A DNA stretch of 64,000 nt from Vicinamibacteria bacterium (lineage in GTDB: Bacteria > Acidobacteriota > Vicinamibacteria > Marinacidobacterales > Marinacidobacteraceae): assembly GCA_964291235.2 (NCBI GenBank), contig OZ219816.1, positions 576,001 through 640,000 of the forward strand, in the 5' to 3' direction. The translations under genes and the position numbers were made by a program. The notes under the pieces were generated by a model, which saw nothing but the letters and a program-made list of their open reading frames with translations, made no database searches and had not been told where the DNA came from. Below are positions 30,169 through 39,001 of this stretch, piece by piece; position 1 is the first letter of the stretch; the number at the start of each line of letters is the position of its first letter.

Positions 30169-32601
30169 GTGCGCGTTCCGCTCCGGTGGCTCCAGACCAT
30201 GGTTCCCCTGCCGGAGGACATCGAATCCCTCGCCCATCGGCTCACGCTGGCCGGCCTGGAGGTCACCGGCATCGAACAGGTCGGCGGCGACTGGGACCGG
30301 GTGGTCGTGGGGCGGGTTCGCGAAGTGCAGCCGCATCCCGATGCCGACCGGCTCCGTCTCGTGACGGTGGACAAGGGAGGGGAGAACCAGACGGTCGTCT
30401 GCGGCGCGTCGAACGTCGCCGCCGGACAGGACATCGCGTTCGCGCCGGAGGGAGCCATGCTCACCGACCCGCGAACCGGGAATCTGCGCAAGCTCAAGAA
30501 ATCGCGCATCCGGGGGGTGGTCTCGGGCGGCATGGTCTGCTCCGAAGCCGAGCTGGGACTCTCCACGGAACACGAGGGCATTCTGGTGCTCGCTACCGAC
30601 CGGCCCGCCGGCACACCGCTCCGCGAGGTGCTGGGGGACCGCGTGCTCGTGTTCGACCTGACCCCGAACCGGGCTGACGCGCTCTCGGTCCTGGGCGTCG
30701 CCCGCGAGGTGTCGGCGCTGACCGGGGCGCCGCTGACACCTCCCGAAGTCAGCGCCCCGCGGCCCGGTCCGGGCATTGACGGACGCGCCTCGGTCGAGAT
30801 TGCGGCTCCCGATCTCTGCCGCCGGTTCACGCTGGCTCTCATCGAAGGCGTCGAGATCGCGTCCTCCCCCCAGTGGATGCAGGAACGGCTGACCGCTGCC
30901 GGGATGCGTCCCATCAACAACCTGGTGGACATCACGAACTACGTGATGCTCGAGCTGGGTCAGCCGGTCCACGCCTTCGACTACGACACGGTGCGCGACC
31001 ATCACATCATCGTGCGTCGGGCGGCGGCGGGCGAGACCCTGACCACCCTGGACGGGAACACGCTTCCACTCGACCCCAGCCGGCTGGTCATCGCCGATCC
31101 TGGCGGGGCTATCGCGCTGGCCGGGGTCATGGGCGGACTCGAGACCGAGATCACCGATTCCACCCGGAATGTCCTGCTCGAAGTCGCCAACTTCGAGCCG
31201 GCCGGCGTCCGCCGCACCGCCCGGGCGTTTGACCTGCTTTCGGACGCCGCGCGGCGGTTCGCCTGGGGCCTTCCCGCCGAGATGCCGCCCGTCGCTTCCG
31301 CTCGCGTCTGCCGCTTGCTCGCCGAGCACGCCGGTGGACGGGTGGCGGACGGAATGGTGGATTCCTGGCCGGTACGGGAGCCCGCCGCCCACATCCGGAT
31401 GCGCCGCTCCCGCATCCCTCAGGTTCTCGGTATGGAGGTTCCGCGGGCAGCGGTACGCGCCGCGCTCGACGGCCTCGGCTTCGAGGTGGAGGAGACCGAA
31501 GAGACGCTCTCGGTCGGCGTTCCCTATTGGCGCCGCGACGTGCGGGTGCCCGATGACGTGGTGGAGGAAGTGGCGCGGATCGCGGGGTATGACGATCTCC
31601 CGGCGACTCCGCTCGGCGGCGCGATACCCCATCATCCACCCGTTCGCGCGCGTTGGCTGCGGGAACGGGTGCGGGATCTGGGAGTGGAAGCCGCCCTCTA
31701 CGAGGTCCAGACCTATTCGCTCGTCTCGGCGGCAGATCTCGCCGCCGTGACGCCACCGGAGACGCGTGACTCCCCCCCGCTGAAAGTCAAGAATCCTCTC
31801 GGCGAGGCCCGGGACACCCTGCGAACCTCGCTTCGCCCGGGAATCCTGCGCGCCGCGGCCCACAATCTGGCGCGCGGCGCCAAGACCGTGCGCCTTTTCG
31901 AGGTGGGCAGGTCCTATCACCCGGCGCCGGACCGCGGCGACGGCCGCCCGGAGGAACGGGAGCAGGCCGTCGGGCTGGTTGTGGGTGTCCGGGTGGATCG
32001 TTTCGGGAGCCCGACGGAAGCGGGACTCGACTTCTTCGACGCCAAGGCGACCGTCGAGCACATCCTGGACGGCCTGCGGACGGCGGCGACCTTCCGGCCG
32101 GTGGAGGCCTTCGGATTCCTCGCGGGACGCACCGCTGAAATCGCCGCGGCCGGGACCGTGGTGGGGGTCGTGGGCCAACTGCATCCCGAGGCCGCCGCCG
32201 CGTTCGGGGTCGAACGGGACGCCTTCTTGTGGGAGCTGAACCTTTCCCGGCTGCTCGCGGCCGCCCCCGGCATGACGGCTCCGCCGCTCGCGGCGCCGCT
32301 TTCCCGTCATCCCTCAGCCGTCGAGGACTTCGCACTGCTCGTCGGACCGGACGTCCTGGCGCAGGATCTGGTTCAGGAAGCCCTCGCCCATCCGCTGGTC
32401 GTCGAGGCGCGCGTCTTCGACGACTACGTATTGAACGAAGCAGGCGGTGGGGTTGCCGGCGGCGCCCGGTCGCTCGGCATTTCGGTCCGCTACCAGGCGC
32501 CGAACCGGACTCTGAACGAGAACGACATTGCCAAGGTGCGGCGCACCATCCTGAAACGGCTGAAGGCGAACCACGGTGCGGTCGTCCGGGAACGCGGCTG
32601 A
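30169..32601 (+). CDS. pheT: Phenylalanyl-tRNA synthetase beta subunit
   Basis: HPDADRL, TPNRADAL, NNLVDITNY, YWRRD..DVVEEVAR, C-terminal FDX-ACB domain. Confidence 0.96.
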   Translation: MRVPLRWLQTMVPLPEDIESLAHRLTLAGLEVTGIEQVGGDWDRVVVGRVREVQPHPDADRLRLVTVDKGGENQTVVCGASNVAAGQDIAFAPEGAMLTDPRTGNLRKLKKSRIRGVVSGGMVCSEAELGLSTEHEGILVLATDRPAGTPLREVLGDRVLVFDLTPNRADALSVLGVAREVSALTGAPLTPPEVSAPRPGPGIDGRASVEIAAPDLCRRFTLALIEGVEIASSPQWMQERLTAAGMRPINNLVDITNYVMLELGQPVHAFDYDTVRDHHIIVRRAAAGETLTTLDGNTLPLDPSRLVIADPGGAIALAGVMGGLETEITDSTRNVLLEVANFEPAGVRRTARAFDLLSDAARRFAWGLPAEMPPVASARVCRLLAEHAGGRVADGMVDSWPVREPAAHIRMRRSRIPQVLGMEVPRAAVRAALDGLGFEVEETEETLSVGVPYWRRDVRVPDDVVEEVARIAGYDDLPATPLGGAIPHHPPVRARWLRERVRDLGVEAALYEVQTYSLVSAADLAAVTPPETRDSPPLKVKNPLGEARDTLRTSLRPGILRAAAHNLARGAKTVRLFEVGRSYHPAPDRGDGRPEEREQAVGLVVGVRVDRFGSPTEAGLDFFDAKATVEHILDGLRTAATFRPVEAFGFLAGRTAEIAAAGTVVGVVGQLHPEAAAAFGVERDAFLWELNLSRLLAAAPGMTAPPLAAPLSRHPSAVEDFALLVGPDVLAQDLVQEALAHPLVVEARVFDDYVLNEAGGGVAGGARSLGISVRYQAPNRTLNENDIAKVRRTILKRLKANHGAVVRERG

Positions 32602-33577
32602 CCGGATTCGCTTTCCGGCGGGCCTGGTTGCCGCCTCGCCCGCGATGCGGACACTGCTTCTTGAGGCTGGCCGCGCCGCGCGCTTCGATGTCCCGGTACT
32701 GATCGAGGGGGAGACGGGTTCCGGGAAGGAACTCCTCGCCCGCTACGTGCACGACCAAAGCCCCCGGCGCCAGCGCTCCCTGGTCCCCGTGAACTGCGCG
32801 GCAGTTCCGGACGAGTTGCTGGAGGCCGAGTTTTTCGGTCACGTCCGGGGCGCCTTCACGGGCGCCGAATCGGCGCGTCCGGGCCTTCTGGAGGCGGCGG
32901 ACGGCGGCACCCTGTTCCTCGATGAGGTGGGAGAACTGTCGCCTCGAGGGCAGGGGCTCTTGTTGCGGGCTCTTCAGGAGCGGGAGTTCCGGCGGGTGGG
33001 TGAGACGCGGCTCCGGCGAGCCGACTTCCGCCTGGTGGCGGCAACCCACCGCCCACTGGCCGATCTGGCGGCGAACGGCGGGTTCCGTTCGGACCTGTTC
33101 TACCGGCTGGGGGTCATTCGGCTCCGCCTGCCGGCGCTCAGGGAACGAAGGTCCGAGATTCCCGAACTCGCCGCCACGCTCCTGATGCGGCTGGCCCGGC
33201 GGCACCGGCTGCGGCTACCCCGGCTCTCGTCCGAGGCCCTCGAGGCGCTCGCGAGCCGCGATTGGCCCGGGAACGTCCGCGAGCTGGAATCGGTGCTCGC
33301 CGGCGCGCTCCTGCGCCAGCCCGATGTCCGGGTCATCGGCCCGGAGATGGTGGCGGTGCCGGAGCCGCCGCCGCGCGGTTCCGGGGAGACGCCCGCCGAG
33401 CCCCTCCTGTCCGTTTTGGAAATTCGCAGACTGGTGGCGGCGCGGGCGGCCTTCGAGAGGATCGTCCTGTTGCGCGCCCTGCGCCGGACGGCGGGGAGCC
33501 GCGCCCGCGCGGCCCGCGAACTGGGCATTTCCCGGCAGGCGCTGTGGCAAAAACTGCGGCGCCACGGAATCGCGTAG
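32576..33577 (+). CDS. Sigma54 enhancer-binding protein (AAA+ and Fis HTH) without an N-terminal sensor domain
   Basis: GETGSGKE, GAFTGA, LFLDEV, WPGNVRELE and AARELGISR motifs. Confidence 0.9.
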   Translation: MRSSGNAADRIRFPAGLVAASPAMRTLLLEAGRAARFDVPVLIEGETGSGKELLARYVHDQSPRRQRSLVPVNCAAVPDELLEAEFFGHVRGAFTGAESARPGLLEAADGGTLFLDEVGELSPRGQGLLLRALQEREFRRVGETRLRRADFRLVAATHRPLADLAANGGFRSDLFYRLGVIRLRLPALRERRSEIPELAATLLMRLARRHRLRLPRLSSEALEALASRDWPGNVRELESVLAGALLRQPDVRVIGPEMVAVPEPPPRGSGETPAEPLLSVLEIRRLVAARAAFERIVLLRALRRTAGSRARAARELGISRQALWQKLRRHGIA

Positions 33578-33582
33578 AGCGC

Positions 33583-33759
33583 CAGGAGCGCGGGCCTCCG
33601 GCCGGCATCGCCGAGCAAAGCGAGGCGAAACTCCCGTCGCTCATCCGCCTCACGGCACCCAGCCAAACGGGGACGGCGCAACGCCCGTGTGCTCTTGCGC
33701 CGTACGGCTGAGGGGCGATGCGCGTTTCGCTCCCCTGTGGGGAGCGATGCCGGCCGGAG
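33583..33759. repeat. Inverted REP-like pair with linker; the right-hand REP is split by the IS
   Basis: CAGGAGCGCGGGCCTCCGGCCGGCATCGC at 33583; CCAAACGGGGACGGCGCAACGCCC linker; GCGATGCCGGCCGGAG half-site at 33744-33759. Confidence 0.8.
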
Positions 33760-33818
33760 TGGAGTTGCCCCGGGAAAACGGACCACTCATAGTGCCAGTG
33801 GCACAAAGGAGGTCTGAG

Positions 33819-34121
33819 ATGGGTAGTCCTGGCCGCCGATATACGGCGGAGTATCGAAAGCGGGTGGTTGCGCTGGTTCGCTCGGGACATAGCGCCGAGG
33901 AAGTCGCGGAGGAGTATGAGGCGAGTCCGCGAGCGATCCGGCGTTGGGTGATGGACGCGGATGCGGCGGAGGGCCGCGGGGGCGACGGCTGGACGAAAGA
34001 GGAGCGGGAGGAGTTGAAGCGGCTGGAACGTGAGAACCGGCGGCTGCAGCGGGAGAACGCCTTCCTAAAAAAAGCGGCGGCCTGGTTCGCGCGGGAGACA
34101 TCGTCGGGAGGTACCGACTGA
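33819..34121 (+). CDS. IS3 transposase OrfA
   Basis: AAGGAGG RBS; RYTAEYRK..V HTH, IRRWV, ELKRLERENRRL..ENAFLKKA zipper. Confidence 0.92.
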   Translation: MGSPGRRYTAEYRKRVVALVRSGHSAEEVAEEYEASPRAIRRWVMDADAAEGRGGDGWTKEEREELKRLERENRRLQRENAFLKKAAAWFARETSSGGTD

Positions 34122-34969
34122 TGGATGCGAGCCAGGCCGTGATGAGCGTGCGGGAGATGGGGCGCCTGCTGGGAGTGTCCCGCAGTGGGTACTACGCCTG
34201 GCGTGGCCGCGGGGCCAGTGCACGGGTTCAGGCGGACGAGCGCCTGAAGGTGGAGATCGCGGCGGCCCATGCGGCGAGTCGCGGCACCTATGGGGCGCCA
34301 CGGATCCGGGCGGAGCTGGCGGCGCGGGGGATCCGGACCAGCCGGAAGCGGGTTGGCCGGCTGATGCGGGCGTTGGGGATCTGTGGTGTAAGCCGCCGGC
34401 GCCGCGTCCGCACCACGATCCGGGACGGCGAGGCGCGGCCGGCACCGGACCTGGTGGACCGGAACTTCGAGGCCACGGCTCTGGACCAGCTCTGGGTGGC
34501 CGACATCACCTACATCCCGACGCTGACGCGGATGCTGCACCTGGCGGTGGTTGTGGACGCCTGCAGCCGGCGGGTGGTGGGCTGGGCAATGGCGCTGCAT
34601 GCGCGGGCCACCCTGGTCCTGAAAGCCTTGGACATGGCGCTCGAGCAGCGGCGGCCCCAGGGAGTGATCCACCACTCGGACCAGGGATGCCAATACACCT
34701 CGGTGGCGTTCGGGCGCCGCTGCCGGGCCACCGGGGTCCGGCCTTCCATGGGTTCGGTGGGGGACTGCTACGACAACGCGATGGCGGAGTCCTTCTTCGC
34801 CACCCTCGAGTGCGAGGTGCTCGACCGGACCCAGTTCCCCAACCCCAAAGCTGCCGGCGAAGCGGTCTTCGAGTTCATCGAGGCTTGGTACAACCCTTAC
34901 CGGCGGCACTCCGCCCTCGGCTACCTGTCGCCCGTAGACTTCGAACAACAACTCCGGGGGCCGCTATGA
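34067..34969 (+). CDS. IS3 transposase OrfB (DDE), joined to OrfA by a predicted -1 frameshift at A7G (34067-34074)
   Basis: WVADITY, HHSDQG and DNAMAESFF motifs; the -1 frame is open from the A-run to ATG 34121. Confidence 0.92.
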   Translation, partial: KKSGGLVRAGDIVGRYRLMDASQAVMSVREMGRLLGVSRSGYYAWRGRGASARVQADERLKVEIAAAHAASRGTYGAPRIRAELAARGIRTSRKRVGRLMRALGICGVSRRRRVRTTIRDGEARPAPDLVDRNFEATALDQLWVADITYIPTLTRMLHLAVVVDACSRRVVGWAMALHARATLVLKALDMALEQRRPQGVIHHSDQGCQYTSVAFGRRCRATGVRPSMGSVGDCYDNAMAESFFATLECEVLDRTQFPNPKAAGEAVFEFIEAWYNPYRRHSALGYLSPVDFEQQLRGPL

Positions 34970-35212
34970 ACCGGCGCTCCCACTGGTCCGAGAAACTGGG
35001 GCAAGCTCAGAGGCCGGCGCTCCGACTCTATGTCGGCGTAAACGCCCGGGGACGACGTAACGCCCGGGCGCCGGCACGCCGTACAGCTGAGCACCGATGA
35101 GCATTTCGCTCTCCTCCGGTAGCGGAACGCTCATCGCGAATCCTCACTGATGGCGCAGTCTTCCCGGGCCTTCCCATACGCTACCCGACCCATATCCGCC
35201 CGGAGAGTCCGC

Positions 35213-38179
35213 ATGATCCAACGCGCCCTTTTTCTGTTGGCCTTCAGCCTCAGCCTCACCCTCGAGCCGGTTCCGGCCGCCGCCCAGGACGCCGACCGAC
35301 ACGAGCCACTGCCCGTCATGGACGACCTGCGAATGAGGTCCATCGGGCCGGCGGTGATGGCCGGCCGGATTTCCGATCTGGCAGTGGTCCCCGGCCGTCC
35401 GTGGGAGTACTACGCCGCCACCGCCTCCGGAGGGCTCTTCCGGACCCGGAACAACGGCGCTACCTGGGATTCGCTCTTCGACCACTTCACCACCACGTCG
35501 CTGGGCGCCGTGGCGCTCTCACCATCCGATCCCGCGACCGTCTGGGTCGGCACGGGTGAGCCGGCGAACCGGCAGAGCTCCTCGTTCGGCGACGGTGTCT
35601 ATGTGTCCTTCGACGGTGGAGACACCTTCCGCCACGCGGGACTCGAGGAGAGCGAGCACATCGGACGCATCGTGCCCGACCCGGAGCGGCCCCGGCGCGC
35701 GTTCGTGGCCGCGCTCGGGCCGTTATGGCGGTCCGGCGGCCAGCGCGGCGTCTTCCGGACCGACGACGGCGGCGCGACCTGGGACCACGTGCTGGACATC
35801 TCGGCCGACACCGGGGTGGTGGACCTGGAGATGGACCCCCGGAATCCGGCGATTCTCTACGCCGGCGCCTATACGCGGCGGCGGACCCCCTGGGGCTTCA
35901 ACGGTGGAGGCCCCGACGGCGGCATCTTCCGGACCACCGACGGCGGGGACACCTGGGAGCGCCTCCGGGACGGACTGCCGGAGGGCCCGGTCGGCCGCAT
36001 CGGCCTCGAGATCTCCGGCTCGGATCCGCTGAGCGTCTTCGCCCTCGTCGAGCACGCCACTGAGTCGGGGCTGTTCCTGTCCCGCGACCGCGGCGCCTCC
36101 TGGGAGCGGATTTCGGACTTGAACCCGCGCCCCATGTACTACTCGCACATCGAGGTGGACCCCACGGACATCCGCCGGGTCTATGTGCTGGGCTCGCAGG
36201 TCCACCTTTCGGACGACGCCGGACGCACGTTTCGCACGAACCGGGACATGACCCCGACCTACGACATCGGCGTCCACGGCGATCACCACGCGCTCTGGAT
36301 CGATCCCGAGGCTCCCGAGCACCTGCTGCTGGGCAACGACGGGGGAATCTACGAGTCCTGGGACCGGGCGGTCACGTGGAGAAAGATCAACAACATTCCC
36401 CTGACCCAGTTCTACGCGATCTCGCTCGACCACGAAACCCCCTACAACATCTACGGCGGGGCGCAGGACACCCACTCCTGGGTGGGGCCCTCCGCCACCC
36501 GGAACCAGGCCGGCATCCTGAACAGTGACTGGCGGCAGACGAACTTCGGCGACGGGATGGACCAGGAGGCCGTTCCCCGGGAGCCCGGGATCGCGATCGC
36601 CTCCTCCCAGAACGGCAACCCGGTGCGGATCGACACCGCGACGGGAAACCGGACCACGGTCCGTCCCTTTCCCGACGAAGACGAGGACCGCTACCGGTTC
36701 CACTGGCTCTCCCCGCTGGGGGCCTCCCCGCACACCCCCGGACGGGTCTATATCGGAGGAAACCGGCTCTTCCTGTCGGACGATCTGGGGAGCGCCTGGC
36801 GCGCCACCGAGGACCTGACGCTGCGTGAGGACCGCAGCGAGCTTCCCATCCTCGGCGTGCTGCCCGCGGAGGGCATGCTGTCCATGCACGACGGGGTCAG
36901 CGACTGGGGCGCCCTCACGACCCTGGCGGAATCGCCCCTCGTCCCCGGCCTGATCTACGTCGGCTCCGACGACGGCCGCGTCGCCCGCTCGGACGACGAC
37001 GGCCTCACCTGGGAGTTCCTGGAAGCCAACCTCCCGCTCGAGGCGCTCCGCGCCACCATCAGCCGCGTCACGCCCTCGGCGCACCGGGAGGACCGTCTCT
37101 ACGTGGCGGTGGACCGCCATCACCTCGGCGACTTCGCGCCCCACGTCTTCGTCTCCGAGGACCGGGGAGCGAGTTTCGCTCCGATCGGCGCGGGACTGCC
37201 GCGCGGATGGGTCAACGACGTTGTCGAGCATCCCCAGGGCGAGAACCTGTTGGTAGCCGGCACCGAGGTCGGCGCCTTCTACTCGTTCGATCGGGGCGAG
37301 ACCTGGATGCGGGCGGGCGGGGGGCTTCCCCACGTGCCGGTGGACGACATCGAAATCCATCCGCGCGAGCGTGATCTGGTCTTCGGCACCCACGGGCGCT
37401 CCATCTACATCCTCGACGACAGCGCTCCGCTTGCCTGGCACGACCCCGAAACCACCACGGCCGAACTCTTCGAGCCCCGGACGGCCCGGCTGTTTCTGCC
37501 CTGGAAACACGAGAGCTACGAGGGGCAGGCGCGGTACGCGGGGGAGAACCCTCCGGTCGGAGCGCTCCTGACCGTGTTCCTCCCGGCCGGTGGCGAGGTC
37601 TCCCCGGCCCTCGAAATCCGAACCTCCGCGGGTGCGCTGGTGGCAAGTCTCGCGGCGGAATCCCGGTCCGGCTTCCAGCGGATCGTCTGGGACCTCAGGG
37701 CCGGCGCGGCTTCCGGGGATGCCCGCGGCGCCTGTGGTAGTCCGCCGCCGCGGGTGCCGGTCGACAGCTACGAGATCCGCCTGACGGGCGCCGGAGAGGT
37801 GCCGCCGGTTCCGCTCGAGGTCGAGCTGGACCCTTCGGTCCCGGTAAGCGAGGCCGCCTATGCCCAGCGCGCCGCCTTCCTGTCCGAGATCCACGGCGTC
37901 ATTCAGGATGCGTGCCGGGTGGGCGCTGCCGCGGGAGATCCGGACAGTCTTTCCGCGGCGGCGGGGGATGCCCTCCGCGAGCTTCGGCCGGGCGGCGGCT
38001 TCCGGAACCCCTCGACGCTCGGGCGTCTCGGGCGTCTCTACGGCGAGTTCACCGGCGACGATGTCCGGCAGGGAACGCTGGACGCCCCCACCGTGGTCCA
38101 CCGCCAACGTTTCGAGCGGTTGCGGATCGGAATCGAGGAGGCGATGGAAGTCGTGAGGGGGGCCGGCGGCGGGCGGTAG
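35213..38179 (+). CDS. Secreted VPS10/BNR-repeat (sortilin-like) glycosyl-hydrolase-like protein
   Basis: Signal peptide; RSIGPAVMAGR; many S/TxDGGxTW Asp-boxes. Confidence 0.85.
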   Translation: MIQRALFLLAFSLSLTLEPVPAAAQDADRHEPLPVMDDLRMRSIGPAVMAGRISDLAVVPGRPWEYYAATASGGLFRTRNNGATWDSLFDHFTTTSLGAVALSPSDPATVWVGTGEPANRQSSSFGDGVYVSFDGGDTFRHAGLEESEHIGRIVPDPERPRRAFVAALGPLWRSGGQRGVFRTDDGGATWDHVLDISADTGVVDLEMDPRNPAILYAGAYTRRRTPWGFNGGGPDGGIFRTTDGGDTWERLRDGLPEGPVGRIGLEISGSDPLSVFALVEHATESGLFLSRDRGASWERISDLNPRPMYYSHIEVDPTDIRRVYVLGSQVHLSDDAGRTFRTNRDMTPTYDIGVHGDHHALWIDPEAPEHLLLGNDGGIYESWDRAVTWRKINNIPLTQFYAISLDHETPYNIYGGAQDTHSWVGPSATRNQAGILNSDWRQTNFGDGMDQEAVPREPGIAIASSQNGNPVRIDTATGNRTTVRPFPDEDEDRYRFHWLSPLGASPHTPGRVYIGGNRLFLSDDLGSAWRATEDLTLREDRSELPILGVLPAEGMLSMHDGVSDWGALTTLAESPLVPGLIYVGSDDGRVARSDDDGLTWEFLEANLPLEALRATISRVTPSAHREDRLYVAVDRHHLGDFAPHVFVSEDRGASFAPIGAGLPRGWVNDVVEHPQGENLLVAGTEVGAFYSFDRGETWMRAGGGLPHVPVDDIEIHPRERDLVFGTHGRSIYILDDSAPLAWHDPETTTAELFEPRTARLFLPWKHESYEGQARYAGENPPVGALLTVFLPAGGEVSPALEIRTSAGALVASLAAESRSGFQRIVWDLRAGAASGDARGACGSPPPRVPVDSYEIRLTGAGEVPPVPLEVELDPSVPVSEAAYAQRAAFLSEIHGVIQDACRVGAAAGDPDSLSAAAGDALRELRPGGGFRNPSTLGRLGRLYGEFTGDDVRQGTLDAPTVVHRQRFERLRIGIEEAMEVVRGAGGGR

Positions 38180-38212
38180 GCGACGGCCGGTGCGCCGGCG
38201 CGGAAGTTCTGC

Positions 38213-38923
38213 TCAGCAGCCCACCGCGCTGAGCAGGGCCGCGGTGCGACAGGGCCGTTCCGCCGCGTCGAGCGCCCGGATCTCGGCCGCGAGGCGGAGC
38301 AGGTCCTCGGGACGGTCCACGTCCCAGTAGAGGGGCAGTTCGCTGAACCGCAGACCGGCGCGGCCGGCGGCCTCGGCGGTGGCTCGGCCAACCTCGGCGG
38401 TGCCCCAGGGAATGTCCGAGAACAGGCATTCGATGGCCGGCCCGGGCAGTCGCCCCACGGCGACGGCCACCAGGACGTAGCCACCGTCCTCGGCCGGAGC
38501 CAGGACCGCGTCCTGGGTGTCGAGGGTCGAAAACGCCGATTCCACCAGCGGGACCGGCAGCAGCGGGGCGTCCGAGCCGATCATGACGAGGCGGTCAAGT
38601 CCCTCCGCTTGCGCCGATCGGGCGGCGCGCGCCAGCCGCTCGCCCAGGTCTCCCGGCCCCTGGGGCACGACAGCCCAGCCGGCGGGGATGTCCAGGCTTC
38701 CCGGCACGGGTTCCCGGTCGCAGCGAACCTCCCGGGAGAAGAGCCCGGGCGCGCCAGTGTCCAGGGAGCGATCGAGCCGTTCGAGCAGGTCTTCCGTCAT
38801 GGCGCGCTGGAGCGTCGCGGCCTCGGCCGGGGTGAGCGGGGGAACGAGGCGCGTCTTGGCGGCGCCGGGCACGGGTACGCGCGTGAACACCGAGATGCGC
38901 CGGCGCGGAGCCGCGAGAGTCAA
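38213..38923 (-). CDS. DUF2064/TIGR04282-type glycosyltransferase-like (CofC-like) protein
   Basis: PGAAKTRL, QGPGDLGER, IGSDAP, PAEDGGY and DVDRPEDL motifs. Confidence 0.85.
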   Translation of the reverse strand: MTLAAPRRRISVFTRVPVPGAAKTRLVPPLTPAEAATLQRAMTEDLLERLDRSLDTGAPGLFSREVRCDREPVPGSLDIPAGWAVVPQGPGDLGERLARAARSAQAEGLDRLVMIGSDAPLLPVPLVESAFSTLDTQDAVLAPAEDGGYVLVAVAVGRLPGPAIECLFSDIPWGTAEVGRATAEAAGRAGLRFSELPLYWDVDRPEDLLRLAAEIRALDAAERPCRTAALLSAVGC

Positions 38924-39001
38924 CGGATCGGTCCCCTCGTCAGCGCCAAGCTTCAGGCCCTCCGCACTCCCGCCCGTGTGGGGTGCTTTCCCCCCGGGGT
39001 G

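Larger units (their letters stand above)
33760..35009 (+). mobile_element. IS3-family insertion sequence, 1250 bp
   Basis: 5'-TG...CA-3' ends, imperfect IRs (TGGAGTTGCCCC...CGGACCAC vs TGAGCTTGCCCC...CGGACCAG), GAG target duplication at 33757-33759 and 35010-35012. Confidence 0.95.
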
